A stretch of 64,000 nt of DNA, taken from NCBI RefSeq assembly GCF_001194135.2, contig NC_068982.1, forward strand, positions 71,607,017 through 71,671,016, written 5' to 3'. The translations under genes were made by a program, and so were the position numbers. This stretch comes from Octopus bimaculoides. Lineage: Eukaryota. A model generated the notes under the pieces. That model did not search any database, was not told the origin of the DNA, and saw only the letters and a list, made by a program, of their open reading frames with translations. Positions 23,331 to 37,430 of the stretch are shown in pieces. Position 1 is the stretch's first letter. The number at the start of each line of letters is the position of its first letter.

Positions 23331-26004
23331 TGTTAAAAAGAAAAAGGGGCCAGTGTGGTTGTTTGAGATAGGAAAGCTACTTCTTCCTCTCCACTCTCTC
23401 TCGGTCTTATTTAGTAACGTTCCTTTCCTTTCTGAGTTCAAACCCCATAAAGTGTGACTTCATCATTTGTTTATGAAGCCCTGATAAAATAAGTATACCA
23501 TTCAAGTGAACTCATCAGCTACAAGACTACCCTCAAAATATGTGATTCTATGTCAGAGGCATCGTTATTAGTAAAGGTCTAACGTGTGATCTCACTTTTT
23601 AGCAATTTAGAAGACTTATTTTTTCTTGGATGGGTGTAATATGGATCTAACATTTTCAGGAACTAAGTTAGTCCATAATGTTTACTTGTGCTGTATTGTG
23701 GGTTTGTTGTGTTTAAAATGGAATCTTCTCCGCGTATTGAAACAATGGAGCTGAAAGGTTTTTGTCTGGCTTTTCTCTTTGGGATATAAAGCTCAGATCT
23801 AAAATGGAAGCTAATCAACCAAAGTTATCGAATTTCCTAGATTTTGTGTGCGGGGCGGGATGGAGGGGGGTAAATATATTGTGGAGGCAGTAAATATATT
23901 GTTGACCTTCAACTTCAAGTCAGCCTTTATCGGACAAACCTATACAAGCAGAGATACTCCAGCTGTGATCACATCGTTTCTTTTTGCTTTAGCCTTTCTG
24001 TATCGAATACAACACTAATCCAATGTGCCCTTTAAGACAGTATTAGATAAATTTGATGGAGATTTGGTTGCTATTTTTAGTAGTTCGAGCGACTGCATAA
24101 ATGTTCTTTCGATAGCTCAATAGACACTGAGCTGGTAGTTTCCAGTGTGGATGATGGTTGTTTTAATATTTGGTTGCCACTGGCTGCTTTCCCTGGTGTT
24201 CGTGTCTCTTGCGAAATGTTTACAAAATATTACAATTAATTAATGGGTTGGTCCTTAATGTAGAACAGTGTTTAAAATAAAATTAGAATCCATGTAGGCA
24301 TAGGTCGAACAGTTCGATACGGTCCATGACCTGTTCTGTTTCAGTTTTGATATGGTTTCTACGTTTAATGCCAACTACTTTACAGAGTTCCGAGTGAACT
24401 TTTTGTGAAACCAACACGATAGAGGTTATCCTACCATGAGTAAGACTACGTTTTCTCAACTCTGGATATGTAAATGCATGTACGAAAGTTTAATTCTTAT
24501 ATGAAAGACAGGTGGAGTAGCTTGTACATACACACTCTGATAATCTTGGAATATATTGTTCTCGTATTGAATCCAAATCGGGTGCAAAATCATTTTCTGA
24601 AATGGATGCGTGAACAGTGAGGTGGGGAATTAGATAAATCAAACCTAAAGTTATTTATTCTCCACATGGAATAAGGGGAACTTAACTAATCCTAATGAGA
24701 TTTCAAATCAGGAGTAGGAAGAAAAATACGATGGAGCTTCTATTGCATAGCTCGATTTATATTATGCGATGCCATTGCAAACCAGTGTGTTGTTTATACA
24801 CTATTTTTGGTACATGCGATCACGTTTTGGAAGAGACACGAGTATGTTGTTGCATTGACAAGTCGCAACAACGCTGAAATCCGAATCTGTCGCTCTCGTG
24901 GTCGCTTCCGTGGCTATTTCGTATCGCCTATCTCTGAAATATATTGTCTTTTAACACAATAAGGTCGATAAAGATTTTTTCCCGAACGAAAAGCTTCAGC
25001 TTCTGGCTTTTCAACAATACACATGCGTTAAGATTTTACGATAGAACTGCTTCTATTGTAGAATTCGAAATTTAAATACTGTAAGCTTTTGCTCGTGTGT
25101 TTATCGTTTCCTTCAACTTCATTCAGGGTGTTGGTGGAGAGAGACAGACAGACAGAACTTTAAATTCTTAGTTATGTCTCTGCCGTTTCAAATGCCACTG
25201 AGGTCAGTTTTGGCTCTTAGATTCCCGTCAGTCATTCAAATAAGTACCAATCAAATATTGGAAAGACTATTAAGTTAACTATACTGTCCCTCTCACATAC
25301 ACAGTATGTACATATACACTAAAAAAAAAAACAAAAAACAAATGTGGCTGTGTGCTTATGATAAAAATCGTTATTCAACAACAATAATAATAATACCTTG
25401 ACGCTCTCTTTCATTTAAAGGTACAGAAAGAAATCTTTATAGTAAAATGTTTCGTTATCGCTCAGTTTTTGTGGAACTCTTTTTACTACCATAAAAAAAA
25501 CGCATTTGGTACATTTATTATCTTGCACTGTTTGATGGTTCCGTACAAATCCTTTTACAATCGTCCTGGCTTTTTAGGAACCACCCCCCTCCACGCACAT
25601 ACAAACTGCCACAATACACTTTCAAGTGGAGAGGGAAGTGGTGCGGGATGGCGGATGGCTCAATTCTGCCAACGCATTATTCGCTTTTTGAGTGATGTTT
25701 ATTTATATAAGGGCCCTTTCAGATCTCAGGATGATGTTCTCCTCTTTCAGGCCCATAAAAACTCTCTCTCTCTCTCTCTCTCACTCCCTCTCTCCTCTCT
25801 CTCCCTCCCCAATAGTTCGCTTGGTTTGTCTATACTTCCATTAGATTTCTTTCGCCATTGCTGTAATATGGATGCTGCCATCCTCTCCCCTCTCTTTCTC
25901 TCGTGTGTTTGTGTGTGTGTATAATACTCTTTCATAAATGTGTAATAATTTCTCTCTCACTCTCGTGTGTGTGTGTGTATTTTATGTATATGTATATGTA
26001 TATA

Positions 26005-26044
<40 letters not shown>

Positions 26045-27683
26045 CTCTCTTTCTCTCTCCCATTGTTACTATCAAACAAAACCAACCTGAGTATTTTGAT
26101 CTCGTCTGTTAAGTAGCCGGTGGTTGGCATGAAGCAAATGTCAAATGCATTACAACAAAAAGATCACACAATCAGTGGAAATGAAGCACTGAGAGAGAGA
26201 GAGATAGAGAGAATAAGTTCCAACATAAGGACAATAAGCGTTGAAACTTATATGACATAACTTACAAGGCACTGACTGGCCATAGTGTTTAGAGAGAGTT
26301 TATTTCATCTTTCATATCTTTGTTGTCTGTACTTTCCATACATACATCAATATATATCATCATGTTTTCACTACTTTCTTTCCTAAAGCTAGATTGATCT
26401 AACACGTACAAAGACGAAAGCGAGCAAAGCCAAAACTTCGAAGTCACTGTCAACCGTTTCTTATTATAAAGGTTTAAATGAATGAATATGTTCTGGTGAG
26501 GAGTATTGAGTAAATCCTTCGGTTTAATGTTTTTGTTTTATAACTTGAAAAACACTAATATATTCGTGCGTGCGCGTGCCTTTTGAATTATTGGTAACAG
26601 AGTACTTGTTTCGTACTTACTGCCGCCTGCGCCATTCTTCTATCTCGTGAAGAAATAAGGAAACCGATGTTAGAGAATTACTAAATCATGAAACAGTCTG
26701 AAAACTAAGTTGAGTTTGCACTATAAAACTGTCCCCAAAAAGTAAGCGTGCAAGAGGAAAGAACAGGAGGCGCGGAGGCCTCTCGGTAAAACCTTTTTCG
26801 GGGATATGGAGGGGGGGCTAAGCACATCCTCCTTCTCTTGCTATTTTGCAATTAGCGGTGATACCTCCTCACCTGTCCCGCCCTCTCTCTCTCTATCTAT
26901 CTACCTCATATCCGCTTGTTTTTGCCTCTTGCCTTCCGGTACAACCACAACCATATATTATTATTATTATTATTATTGCCTTTAAAGACAGTATTGTGTG
27001 ATTCATTGGTTTCATTGTTGGATCACCAATCGTAAGTTTCCTGTTTGGGAAGGACTTCTCACTCCACCCCCTGTTCATGGTTTTGATAAATTTTATCTTC
27101 ATTTTAAGGGTTAGTTAAAGAGCATGTCCAATGCCACTACATTAGCTCCGAGTGCGTGTGTGATACATGTACCTAATTTATAGATACTGATGCATATAGT
27201 CTGTGATATCTGGAGAAATTTATTAGATACTGGTAGCTATAGTGTATATGTGTGCGTGTGTATTATAGTTTGACTAAATGATACTGGTGTGTGAGAGAGA
27301 GAGAGAGAGAGATCTGGACGAGGTGATAGAAATACTGCTAGATATATTATGAGTGCATTTCTGCAAATGACTTGAAGCATGCACACAAAAAGCTTACCAG
27401 TCTGTAAAAGTTGAGGTTGTTTGTTTTATTGTTTTTCTATTTTTTTTTTTCTTTCCCACCCCGGTGTCTTCTCCCCCTCTCTCCTCTTTGTGCAGTATAC
27501 AGTGCAACTTCAAAAGGCGGAAAAGGCTGTGAAGTTTATATTATGTACTGAAAGACAATAGAAGACGCCGGGCTGTTTTTGTTGTTGTTCAGCTGCAATG
27601 TTTCGGGGGGAATTGTGTGTACGTGTGTGGTGATGGTAGATGGATGGATTCGCTCGCTCTCGCTCTATCTCTCTCTCTATCTA

Positions 27684-27734
<51 letters not shown>

Positions 27735-27877
27735 NNNNNNNNNNNNNNNNNNNNNNNNNNNNNNNNNNNNNNNNNNNNNNNNNNNNNNNNNNNNNNNNNN
27801 NNCCGTTAAATAAATAAAAGCCCAATTATAAAGTGACGTGACGAGAAAAAGGATGAAATAAGAGTGTGTGAGGGAGA

Positions 27878-27917
<40 letters not shown>

Positions 27918-29864
27918 ATTTACTTTGTTCTTAGATAAACGGAACACTAATTATGCGGTGGGGTGCGATGAGAGAGACAGAAACACCACCAGAATAAAAT
28001 GAATTTAACACCACCTATCTCTATCTATCTATCTGTATGTCTATCGCTCCGGCTGTCCCCGCACACGTGCATCTCTCTCTGTCTCTCTCTCTCTCTCTCT
28101 CTTTCTATCTATCTGTCTATCTATCTATCTATATTGTGTGTCTTCTCTCTCTTTCTCTAACACGTCTAATATATCTATCTAAATACACAGTATCTATCTC
28201 TTCATCTCCCCCTACATACACGAACACATCCCTCTCTATCTAGCAAGCTATCTTATTTTCTATGTCTGTCTATATGCGTATGTACGTGTATATATGCTGG
28301 ACTGATCATACCACACTACTGCTGCTGCTGCACAGCGTAACCTTTTAATTTCACATCAAATGATGTAAGGTTTTTCTCATCTTCTATACATGTTCCTTTG
28401 ATGAACTTCTCTTTCTCTCTCTCACTCCATATCTATGTATCTATCTGCTCATTTCTCTCCCTTTCATATTTAGTAGTGGTTGCATTTTCTTTTTCATTTA
28501 TAATCCTTTCCGTTATACACACACACATACAATGAATTCGTGTGAGGTAGACAGACAAGATAGGCATGCAGAAGGGAGTGTTTGAACTGAATATATATAT
28601 ATATATATATATATATGCAGTTGGAATTGTGAAATTATAAATATATTAAAATATATTACACTCAAAATATGGTGTTGGTATCTTTGTGGATTGGGTGAAT
28701 TGACTGGAACAATTTTGGGGGTTGCGGTACCCATCCCTGGTCGTTTGTGTTTTCCATTCACCTCCTCCTCTCTCAACCTTTTTAGCAAACTTAAAAAGAG
28801 ATTATGGGCATGTGTATAAGCTAGAAAAGTTTAGTGGTGGAGGGTGTGTGGAGGCGGACAGACTAATATTTATTATTAATGTCTAAAATATTTGTTATTT
28901 TGTAAGGTGGGGGGGGGTTAGAAAACAGAGCGAGGAGAGGGGAGAAAATCCACTTTTGATATAAAATATTAAAAAAGAAAAGAAAAGAAAAAAACATTGA
29001 GGAACAAGGAAAAAGATCATNNNNNNNNNNNNNNNNNNNNNNNNNNNNNNNNNNNNNNNNNNNNNNNNNNNNNNNNNNNNNNNNNNNNNNNNNNNNNNNN
29101 NNNNNNNNNNNNNNNNNNNNNNNNNNNNNNNNNNNNNNNNNNNNNNNNNNNNNNNNNNNNNNNNNNNNNNNNNNNNNNNNNNNNNNNNNNNNNNNNNNNN
29201 NNNNNNNNNNNNNNNNNNNNNNNNNNNNNNNNNNNNNNNNNNNNNNNNNNNNNNNNNNNNNNNNNNNNNNNNNNNNNNNNNNNNNNNNNNNNNNNNNNNN
29301 NNNNNNNNNNNNNNNNNNNNNNNNNNNNNNNNNNNNNNNNNNNNNNNNNNNNNNNNNNNNNNNNNNNNNNNNNNNNNNNNNNNNNNNNNNNNNNNNNNNN
29401 NNNNNNNNNNNNNNNNNNNNNNNNNNNNNNNNNNNNNNNNNNNNNNNNNNNNNNNNNNNNNNNNNNNNNNNNNNNNNNNNNNNNNNNNNNNNNNNNNNNN
29501 NNNNNNNNNNNNNNNNNNNNNNNNNNNNNNNNNNNNNNNNNNNNNNNNNNNNNNNNNNNNNNNNNNNNNNNNNNNNNNNNNNNNNNNNNNNNNNNNNNNN
29601 NNNNNNNNNNNNNNNNNNNNNNNNNNNNNNNNNNNNNNNNNNNNNNNNNNNNNNNNNNNNNNNNNNNNNNNNNNNNNNNNNNNNNNNNNNNNNNNNNNNN
29701 NNNNNNNNNNNNNNNNNNNNNNNNNNNNNNNNNNNNNNNNNNNNNNNNNNNNNNNNNNNNNNNNNNNNNNNNNNNNNNNNNNNNNNNNNNNNNNNNNNNN
29801 NNNNNNNNNNNNNNNNNNNNNNNNNNNNNNNNNNNNNNNNNNNNNNNNNNNNNNNNNNNNNNNN

Positions 29865-29907
<43 letters not shown>

Positions 29908-30888
29908 GGTAAAATAATACCATTTTTAATTAGAAGTAAACTCACTGAGGACGGGCTTTGTGCTATGAAAGGAGGTTCCCTTTTGTCGAACTTGTTTATC
30001 GATCTTTAAATTTCTTTTGGTTATTTATTTTTTTTAATAAATTATAACATTTTATTTTCAAGAACTGAGGTCTATATGTATTCCATCTTGTTTGTCTGTA
30101 ACATTTGACAAAGTTTCTTGTTTGTGGTAATTTCTATGGCAGCGTTTTTCTCACATGTTTGTGCATGTAGTAGCAAAATCACTTTTTGAGGGCGTTTCTA
30201 TATATTTTTATTGCTTGCATCCTTGACAACAAGCATCAGTGATGTCCAAGGCCCCTTTGTGGTTCAAATAATTGTGTGTGTGGGAGAGAAAGAGAGAGAT
30301 TTCTTATTGAAGAAATAAAGCTATGAAAGATGAAAATTAAACACACTCAAAGTAGGTGGGTGTAGAAGCGTTTCAATGTTTCACCTGTGTACACGAGATA
30401 TCTGAAGGCGCCCCCCACCTCTCGCTCATACGAAATAGCTATTAAGTCTCTTCTGCATTAAACAAGGATAAAATATGTACACTTTTTATTGAACATTCCT
30501 TTAAAAAGTTCATTGCTCTTCATAGTAATTCAGTTTTGAATTTGTATGTTTAGTCTTCATTGTAAGTTGTTTGAGAGTTTTCTTTCGTGACTGTTCTCTG
30601 TTGCTTTATCGTTTGAAAACATGTAATTTTGGGGGACAATATTAAGGATTGTGACGTATCAGTCATATTCTTCATTTATCTTACATTTCATGTTCTGTGT
30701 CTCTTTAGCTATACTTATCCAGGTGTATGCAAGTATATATATATATATCTGCACACATAATTGGTTTGCATATATCGTATTCGTGTTATATATTGTGCCC
30801 CTAATTTAGTTTTACAATGTTGATAAATAAATAAAAAAAGTCATCTGAACACAACAACAAATAAATAATACTGTTTTTATCTCGTCAG

Positions 30889-31032
30889 GGTATTACAGTG
30901 GATAATGGCCAGTGACAGGTATGCGAGCAGTTCTTCACATACGGAGTCAGATAAAAGTTCTTCCCACAAACGTTCTCACACTCACAAAACTCCAGTACCG
31001 ACCACTGGGTCTCCTCAGCTTCAAAAACAAGG
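30889..31032 (+). CDS. Axin: Axin exon: (K)VLQWIMASDRYASSSSHTESDKSSSHKRSHTHKTPVPTTGSPQLQKQ(G)
   Basis: CGTCAG acceptor, GTGAGT donor, 144 nt. It completes the AA|G codon from 8845. EKVLQWIM resembles vertebrate QKIMQWII. Confidence 0.88.
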
Positions 31033-31915
31033 GTGAGTATTATGATATAATCTCTACATTTTTTTTTTTTTTTTTTTGAAGTAAAGTGAACTGTTGTCTG
31101 CTATGCCAAATTATGTTTTAGAATTGGTTATCACATGGTTTGGGGTTCAGTTCTTCTGCATGGTACATTGGGCAACTGTCTTTTATAGCCTCAAGCTGAC
31201 CAAAGGACCTGTGAAAAAGTATTTGGTAGATGGAACCTGAGAGAAGCTCATTATGTTTTTGTTTCCTTGTCTCGGAATTTACATGAGTGTTTGTAAATGA
31301 ATGTCATTCATTTGCAACCTTCTGCAAAGCTTTGTCTGGCCTTGAAGACATATTGCTTGAAAACTGGAAATGGTTGACAAGAAGAAGAGCATCCAACCAA
31401 AGAAAATCTATCTCTATAAACTCTGTCCAACTAAGCAAGCATGAAAAAAATGGGTATTAAAATGATTGTGATGATGATGTCTATCTGTGGAATTAGTTTC
31501 AGTATAAAGTTTGGATTTTTTACCCTATCAAAGTTACACTACTAGCAGAATTGGTGAAGCATCAAACAAAATATTTATAGTATTTAGTAGCAGCCCCTTA
31601 CATTGGCAGTTGAAATCCTGTGGGGAGATTATCTTTGCAGTCGTTTGGAGGCTTAATAAAATAAGCTACCCACTGAGGACTTTATGTTGGGTGCTGCAAG
31701 AATGATTGACCATTACATACTTTTCCTGTGAACATTGTGTATCTATCTCTTACATGATAGAAAATGTATTTTCCTTGGAGCATTGATATAGTGATTTCAG
31801 AAGAATTCAGCTGCTATTTACTGTTCATTGGTTTGTTTGTCAAAGAGTTGATTCATTAAAATATACAGTTGGTGAAGCTGGTATCACACATTTTTATCTA
31901 TCATTTATCTACCAG

Positions 31916-32360
31916 TAGGCGTAGGAGTGGCTGTGTGGTAAGTAGCTTGCTTACCAACCACATGGTCCCGTGTTCAGTCCCACTGCGTGGCATCTTGGGN
32001 NNNNNNNNNGGTCCCGTGTTCAGTCCCACTGCGTGGCATCTTGGGCAAGTGTCTTCTACTGTAGCCTCGGGCCAACCAAAGCCTTGTGAGTGGATTTGGT
32101 CGATGGGAACTGAAAGAAGCCCGTCGTATATATGTATATATATATGTGTGTGTCTGTGTTTGTCCCCCTAGCATTGCTTGACAACCGATGCTGGTGTGCT
32201 TATGTCCCCGTCACTTAGCGGTTCGGCAAAGGAGACCGATAGAATAAGTACTAGGCTTGCAAAGAATAAGTCCTAGGGTCGATTAGCTCGACTAAAAGGC
32301 GGTGCTCCAGCATGGCCACAGTCAAATGACTGAAACAAGTAAAAGAATAAAAGAGTAAAG
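31916..32360 (+). mobile_element. SINE family B, full length
   Basis: Same consensus as 16527 and 35380, with an (AAAGAGT)-type tail. Confidence 0.88.
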
Positions 32361-33029
32361 AGTTGTTGGCACATAATGGCTATTGACATTGAACTAGAAG
32401 AGGCAAGATATGTAGGGTATATAAAAAGAATGTGATTTGAACCCAGTCATTTCAAGGTCATTAAAGCCTTGACTGTAGAGCAGTGCCACATGCCTTTTGC
32501 TGTTAGGTTCAATCTCAGTACTGGGTAACATGAGTCCTTGATGTATGTTGCTCCAGTCTGCTCAGCCAAAATAAGTACCAGGCCACTGCTGGTGCAATGC
32601 TCATGCGCTCTCTCCTGTTGTCACATCCTAAATGTTCCACAGGACCAAGGGTGAGATGGCCAAGATAGCGTTTGTGTCTGCTTGCAAATGATAGATAAAA
32701 ATGTGTGATACCAGCTTCCACTGGTGAGTGATGGTTATGGAAAACCCTTATTGTTGGATGTCTTGATATGACTGGCCTAGAATTCTCTTTGATTCTTTGA
32801 CCTAGCCTTCTATAGTATTTGCACACATGAAGACAGGCAATATTTAACACTCATTTTAATAATTTTGTGCTGCCAAGAAACTAATTTAAATTATAATAGC
32901 CATCTATGTATCATACTAAATGTACATACACACCGTTGACAAGCATAGTGCTATGGTTTACATCTGTGAGAAAATCTAGAGACACTTGAGAAGAAAACCC
33001 ATCAAGCCATGTGAATTGTATTTGTGGCA

Positions 33030-33155
33030 GATGTTGGTATCATGCAACTGGCACATAGAAACCATGCCAAATCAGACTGGAGTCTGGTGCAGCCCTGGGC
33101 AAACCGTCCAACCCATTCCGGCATGGACAATGGACACTAAATGATGATGATGACA
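33030..33155 (+). mobile_element. RTE-tail-associated repeat (family D)
   Basis: AGAAACCATGCCAAATCAGACTGGAGTCTGGTGCAGCC...CCGTCCAACCCATTCCGGCATGGACAATGGACACTAAATGATGATGATG. Confidence 0.65.
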
Positions 33156-33325
33156 GCAAATCTATATGAAGAGGTTTTCTTTCTGATCAAATCCACAGCA
33201 TCATGCTTGTCAATGGTGTACATACTTTACTGTTTGTGATTGTTATTGATTTTTAATATTGCTTGTGTTAACATTCAGTAAAATGTAGGATCCTCATATT
33301 GCATTATTTTCTGTTTCGTGTTCAG

Positions 33326-33595
33326 GTTTAGCAAAAAGCCCAGTAGTACTTTGTTGAATCGTTCTGCATCAGCCGAACGTGGTGGCATGGCAACACTACC
33401 CTGGCTTGCTGGCTCAGTCAGTGGTACCAATCAAGTGATGCCTTCTCAACCAATTGTGCAAGATCCATCAATGCCTCTCTTAACCCCACCAAATCCAACG
33501 ACACAGCTGGAAGAAGCTAAAAGGCGGCTTGAAAGTAACGAGCCTAAAAGGAGACCTGATGACCAACAGGCACGACCTTTACCTGTAAAATCAAA
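33326..33595 (+). CDS. Axin: Axin exon containing PSQPIVQDPSMPLLTPPNPTTQLEEAKRRLE
   Basis: GTTCAG acceptor, GTAAGT donor, 270 nt. It matches the conserved Axin motif QDP.MP...PNP..QLEEARRRLE. Confidence 0.93.
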
Positions 33596-34447
33596 GTAAG
33601 TATTTTTTTTTTTTTCAATGGTAGAACTCGAAGTAGATGAAGCTATAAATAATAGCTTGTAAAATTTGGGATTAAAAACCCTTTGGGTGGAAAGAGTCAA
33701 AGACTGCTCCTGGTACTTGAACCCACATCTTCTGTGAACATGACAGTTGTACTACCATTATTCCAAATCTGATACCATGGGCAGCCTTTGACTTTTTTTT
33801 TTCCCCCATCAAAGGTGTTTTTTGACCTAGTGTTTTCTACATGCTGCTTTCATACTTCATCTACTTTGAGTTACACCATTAAAAGAAACTCTTTCCCTGC
33901 GACTTAATTTTTTGTGTCATTATTAACAATTAACACACCTTTTCTATAAAAAAGGCTTGTCAGTAAACATTTTGGTTGATCAAAGTACTGGGTTTGTTTC
34001 TGTATTAATATACTGGTGCTAATTTGGTGGACAGAAATTGAAGGAAGCCTGTTGTGTATTTGTCACCTTTCCTGGATATCACATGAATGTTGTTAATTTC
34101 TGATATTCTGCAAAAAAACAAGTTTGGCCATGGCTAAACATTACTTAGAAACAGTTATGGATTGGTGATAGAAAATTTGCCTTGATAACATCCATCCAGT
34201 CCATGCAAGCATAGGAAAGTAAACATTAAAACCAGTGATGGTGATTAAGGTCATGATGTGGCAAAGAGCAAGACGGTTGATGCAGAAAGAGCTGCACAAG
34301 TTGATTTAATGTGTTGAATTCAAGAACTTTGGGTTTAGTTTGAATTAGCTTGACCTCTTTATTTTTGAGGATGTGGGAATACCTGTAATATACTGGTGGT
34401 GATTAAATTAACTAAAACTTTGGTGTATTATCTTTAATTGTATTTAG

Positions 34448-34600
34448 GTCTTTCATTGGAGTGCCTTCTCGAGAGAAGCGAGTGCCGTCTTCATTAATGG
34501 CAGCTACTGGTTCTTATCAAATGCGAACATTGCCCACCACAAAAACAGTTCCCTGTGACCTTGGTCTCTCTGCTGATAATCTTGCAGGACATTCTGAAGG
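34448..34600 (+). CDS. Axin: Axin linker exon: SFIGVPSREKRVPSSLMAATGSYQMRTLPTTKTVPCDLGLSADNLAGHSE
   Basis: TATTTAG acceptor, GTAAGT donor, 153 nt open, with phases compatible on both sides. There is little recognisable homology, so the call rests on splice sites and frame. Confidence 0.72.
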
Positions 34601-34751
34601 GTAAGTGCCCCACCTCTCTAACTCCTTCATACTCCATTTGTTACATTAAGGATTACAAATAATCTTATTTACATTTTCAAGCTTTGAATTTTTTTCTTCA
34701 AACATGCCTGTAGGTTTCCAGTGATTTATTCTGTTCTGTTTGCAATTTCAG

Positions 34752-34937
34752 TCGTAAATCATCTTCAAAACGACCGTCTGGTAGTGTGACAGTACCAGGA
34801 ACTCCGTGGGGACCGGAGGAAACTGTGATAGGTTACTTTTTCTGTGGAGAACCAATCCCCTACAGACATACGGTACCAGGAAAAGAAATCACTTTGGCTC
34901 AGTTCAAAGAGCTCATCACTAAAAGAGGGAGTTATAG
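34752..34937 (+). CDS. Axin: Axin exon, N-terminal half of DIX domain ([38 protein letters not shown])
   Basis: TTTCAG acceptor, GTGAGT donor, 186 nt. [11 protein letters not shown]...[16 protein letters not shown] is the Axin DIX signature. Confidence 0.95.
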
Positions 34938-35379
34938 GTGAGTTTATCCCACACTTTTCTCCATACACATTCATTCGTGAAATAGTATCAATCACCAAAG
35001 ATGATAAAGCAGCAAGCTTGCAGTGGAAATAATGGTGGATGTGACTTATTTCTGCCCTGTTTCTTTTTTATTAACTTGTTGAGATGTGTGTGTTGTAGGC
35101 AGGTTTAACCCTTGAGCATTCAGGTTACTCTGTCAAATGTAATGCTTATTTATTCACACTATTTTGCATTATGTTTTACATTTGAGATTTTGATGAGGTA
35201 ACTGTTAAATTTTATAATGTTGTAGGGCTGGTGTGAGGGGTCAGGTCTGGTGAGTTTGAACATAAAACAGGTAGAATATTTTGGCCAGATATGGCCAGTT
35301 TACATGCTAAATGTTAAATTCCAGAAGACCTTGAAAGCACAGAGGTAGAAGACAATTTGTTAGTGACAGGAAATGTTGC

Positions 35380-35541
35380 TCAGGAGTGGCTGTGTGGTAA
35401 GTAGCTTGCTTACCAACCACATGGTTCCGGGTTCAGTCACACTGCGTAGCACCTTGGGCAAGTGTCTTCTACTATAGCCTCGGGCCGACCAAAGCCTTGT
35501 GAGTGGATTTGGTAGACAGAAACTGAAAGAAGCCCGTCGTA

Positions 35542-35590
<49 letters not shown>

Positions 35591-35790
35591 CTCTGTGTTT
35601 GTCTCCCCAACATCGCTTGACAACTGATGGTGGTGTGTTTACGTCCCCCGTAACTTAGTGGTTCAGCAAAAGAGACCGATAGAATAAGTACTAGGCTTCT
35701 AAAGAATAAGTCCTGGGGTCGATTTGCTTGACTAAAGGCAGTGCTCCAGCATGGCCGCAGTCAAATGACTGAAACAAGTAAAAGAGTTAA
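35380..35790 (+). mobile_element. SINE family B, full length
   Basis: CAGGAGTGGCTGTGTGGTAAG head to GACTGAAACAAGTAAAAGAG tail. Confidence 0.88.
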
Positions 35791-36400
35791 TGGGACTGGT
35801 TTGTGTCCCAATTGCAAGCAGTGACATCACCAGATGGTGTGGCATGGCTCACCACTATGTAAACCCCATGCACATATATTCATACATAAGCACAGGTGTA
35901 GTTATTTGGTTAAGAAGTTCACATCCCAACCTTGTAGTTTCAGGGTCAGTTCCACTGCTTGATACTTTGGGCAAGTGATTTTGGTAGACAGAAGCCTGTC
36001 ATATATTTATTTGTATGTATATATGGGTTGGTGTCTTCTTTCTTTGATACCACGTGGTAGTTGTAAATGAGTGTTGCAATCGTACAAGCAATGTCCTTCT
36101 TTTCAAATCATCCATAGAAACATGTCTAGCCATGGGGAACTATTACCTTACCTGGAAACTGATAAGCATTGGTAGCAAGAAGAATATCCAGCCTTAGAAA
36201 ATCTGCTTCAACAAATTCTGACTCCTTTTTGCATTATCACCACTGTGATGATAATATCATCATCATCATCATCAAAATATTCTAAGCTGCCAGTGTTAAT
36301 GCATAAATATCTTTCTTTCGTATCTGCTTGTCTGTATATGTGCTCTAATGTGTTTATTTCATTGTATTTATTTATATTTCTTTCTTGATGTCATTTTTAG

Positions 36401-36530
36401 ATACTTCTTCAAGAAGGCCAGCTCTGAGTTTGAATCTCTAGGTGTTGTCTTTGATGAAATTGTTGAGGATTCTGCTTTGCTACCATTATGGGAAGGCAAG
36501 ATTGTGGCTAAAGTTGAAAAGAAGGAATAA
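36401..36530 (+). CDS. Axin: Axin terminal coding exon, C-terminal half of DIX ([42 protein letters not shown])
   Basis: TTTTAG acceptor, stop TAA at 36528-36530. It closely resembles the Axin C-terminus RYYFKK...GVVFEE...LP..E.KI.GKVEK. Confidence 0.95.
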
Positions 36531-37430
36531 AATAGGAAAAGCAAAATGAACACTTCCAACACTTAACCTGGATTTATTCTCTGCTTAACATGAAACTTTA
36601 TTAATTAATTAATTAATTAAAAAAACAGACATGGCAACTAAATCTAAATACAAAACAAAATATTTATCGGCCTCCAACTGTTGTTGACTGCCGAGCACAA
36701 CAGAATGAGCTTCTTCTTTGAATGGAATGGCATTGGCCAGAGTTCTGCTTCTGCTGTTGGTACTGCTGTTCAGTGGCCACTGCTGACACATCCATCATCT
36801 CTGTAAAGTCCACCTGTTTTCCTTGTACTATTTTCACCTGATCAGCCTACAACTACCACCACCACCACTACTACTACTACTACTAAGTACCTTCATTACT
36901 ACTTACCAACGTTTCTGGCCCTTGAGTTGGCTGGGGTGATGTCATTCTGCATAGAACATTAATGCCATGCTTATTTTTTTTCCTCGCGATGTAGTGGACT
37001 ATAGGGCAATTATTAAGGCTTTTTTTTTTTTATTAAGAGAAAAAAAGAAACAACCACCACAAGAACATCACCACCGATCTTTGAGAAGAAAAAAAATTTA
37101 TAAAACCAAATCCAAACAAATGATACAATCATAGTTGCAAAAGATGTGAAAACAAATAAGTAGACTGACAAGGTAACCCAAAATCTCACACACACACACA
37201 CACACACACATAAGCACTCACTCACATGTAAACACGCTCACAAATGTTTCTAAAAAATATTTACATATTCACAATTGGATTTTCAGTTGTTTCACTTTCT
37301 GTTGTGTGACAATGTCTGATAAATAATTTTAAAAAATGAAAAAGAAACAATATAAAACACAGTTCATGAGAGGAAGGAGGGAGGGGGGGAGAGGAGGTGG
37401 TCCACTTATTTTCCCCACAAGACCCTAAGT
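36531..37430 (+). other. Probable Axin 3' UTR (end undetermined; runs into a T-run and gap)
   Basis: Unique, SINE-free sequence directly after the stop codon. I could not assign a polyadenylation site. Confidence 0.45.

Noticed and set aside
30403-30450. CTGAAGG...GAAATAGCTATT hammerhead-like string
   Set aside because: A9 is altered, there is no stem II and stem I is unconvincing.
36531-37430. Looked for a miR-315 seed match (AATCAAA), since Drosophila Axin is a known target
   Set aside because: I saw none in the readable UTR. The UTR may extend through the gap.
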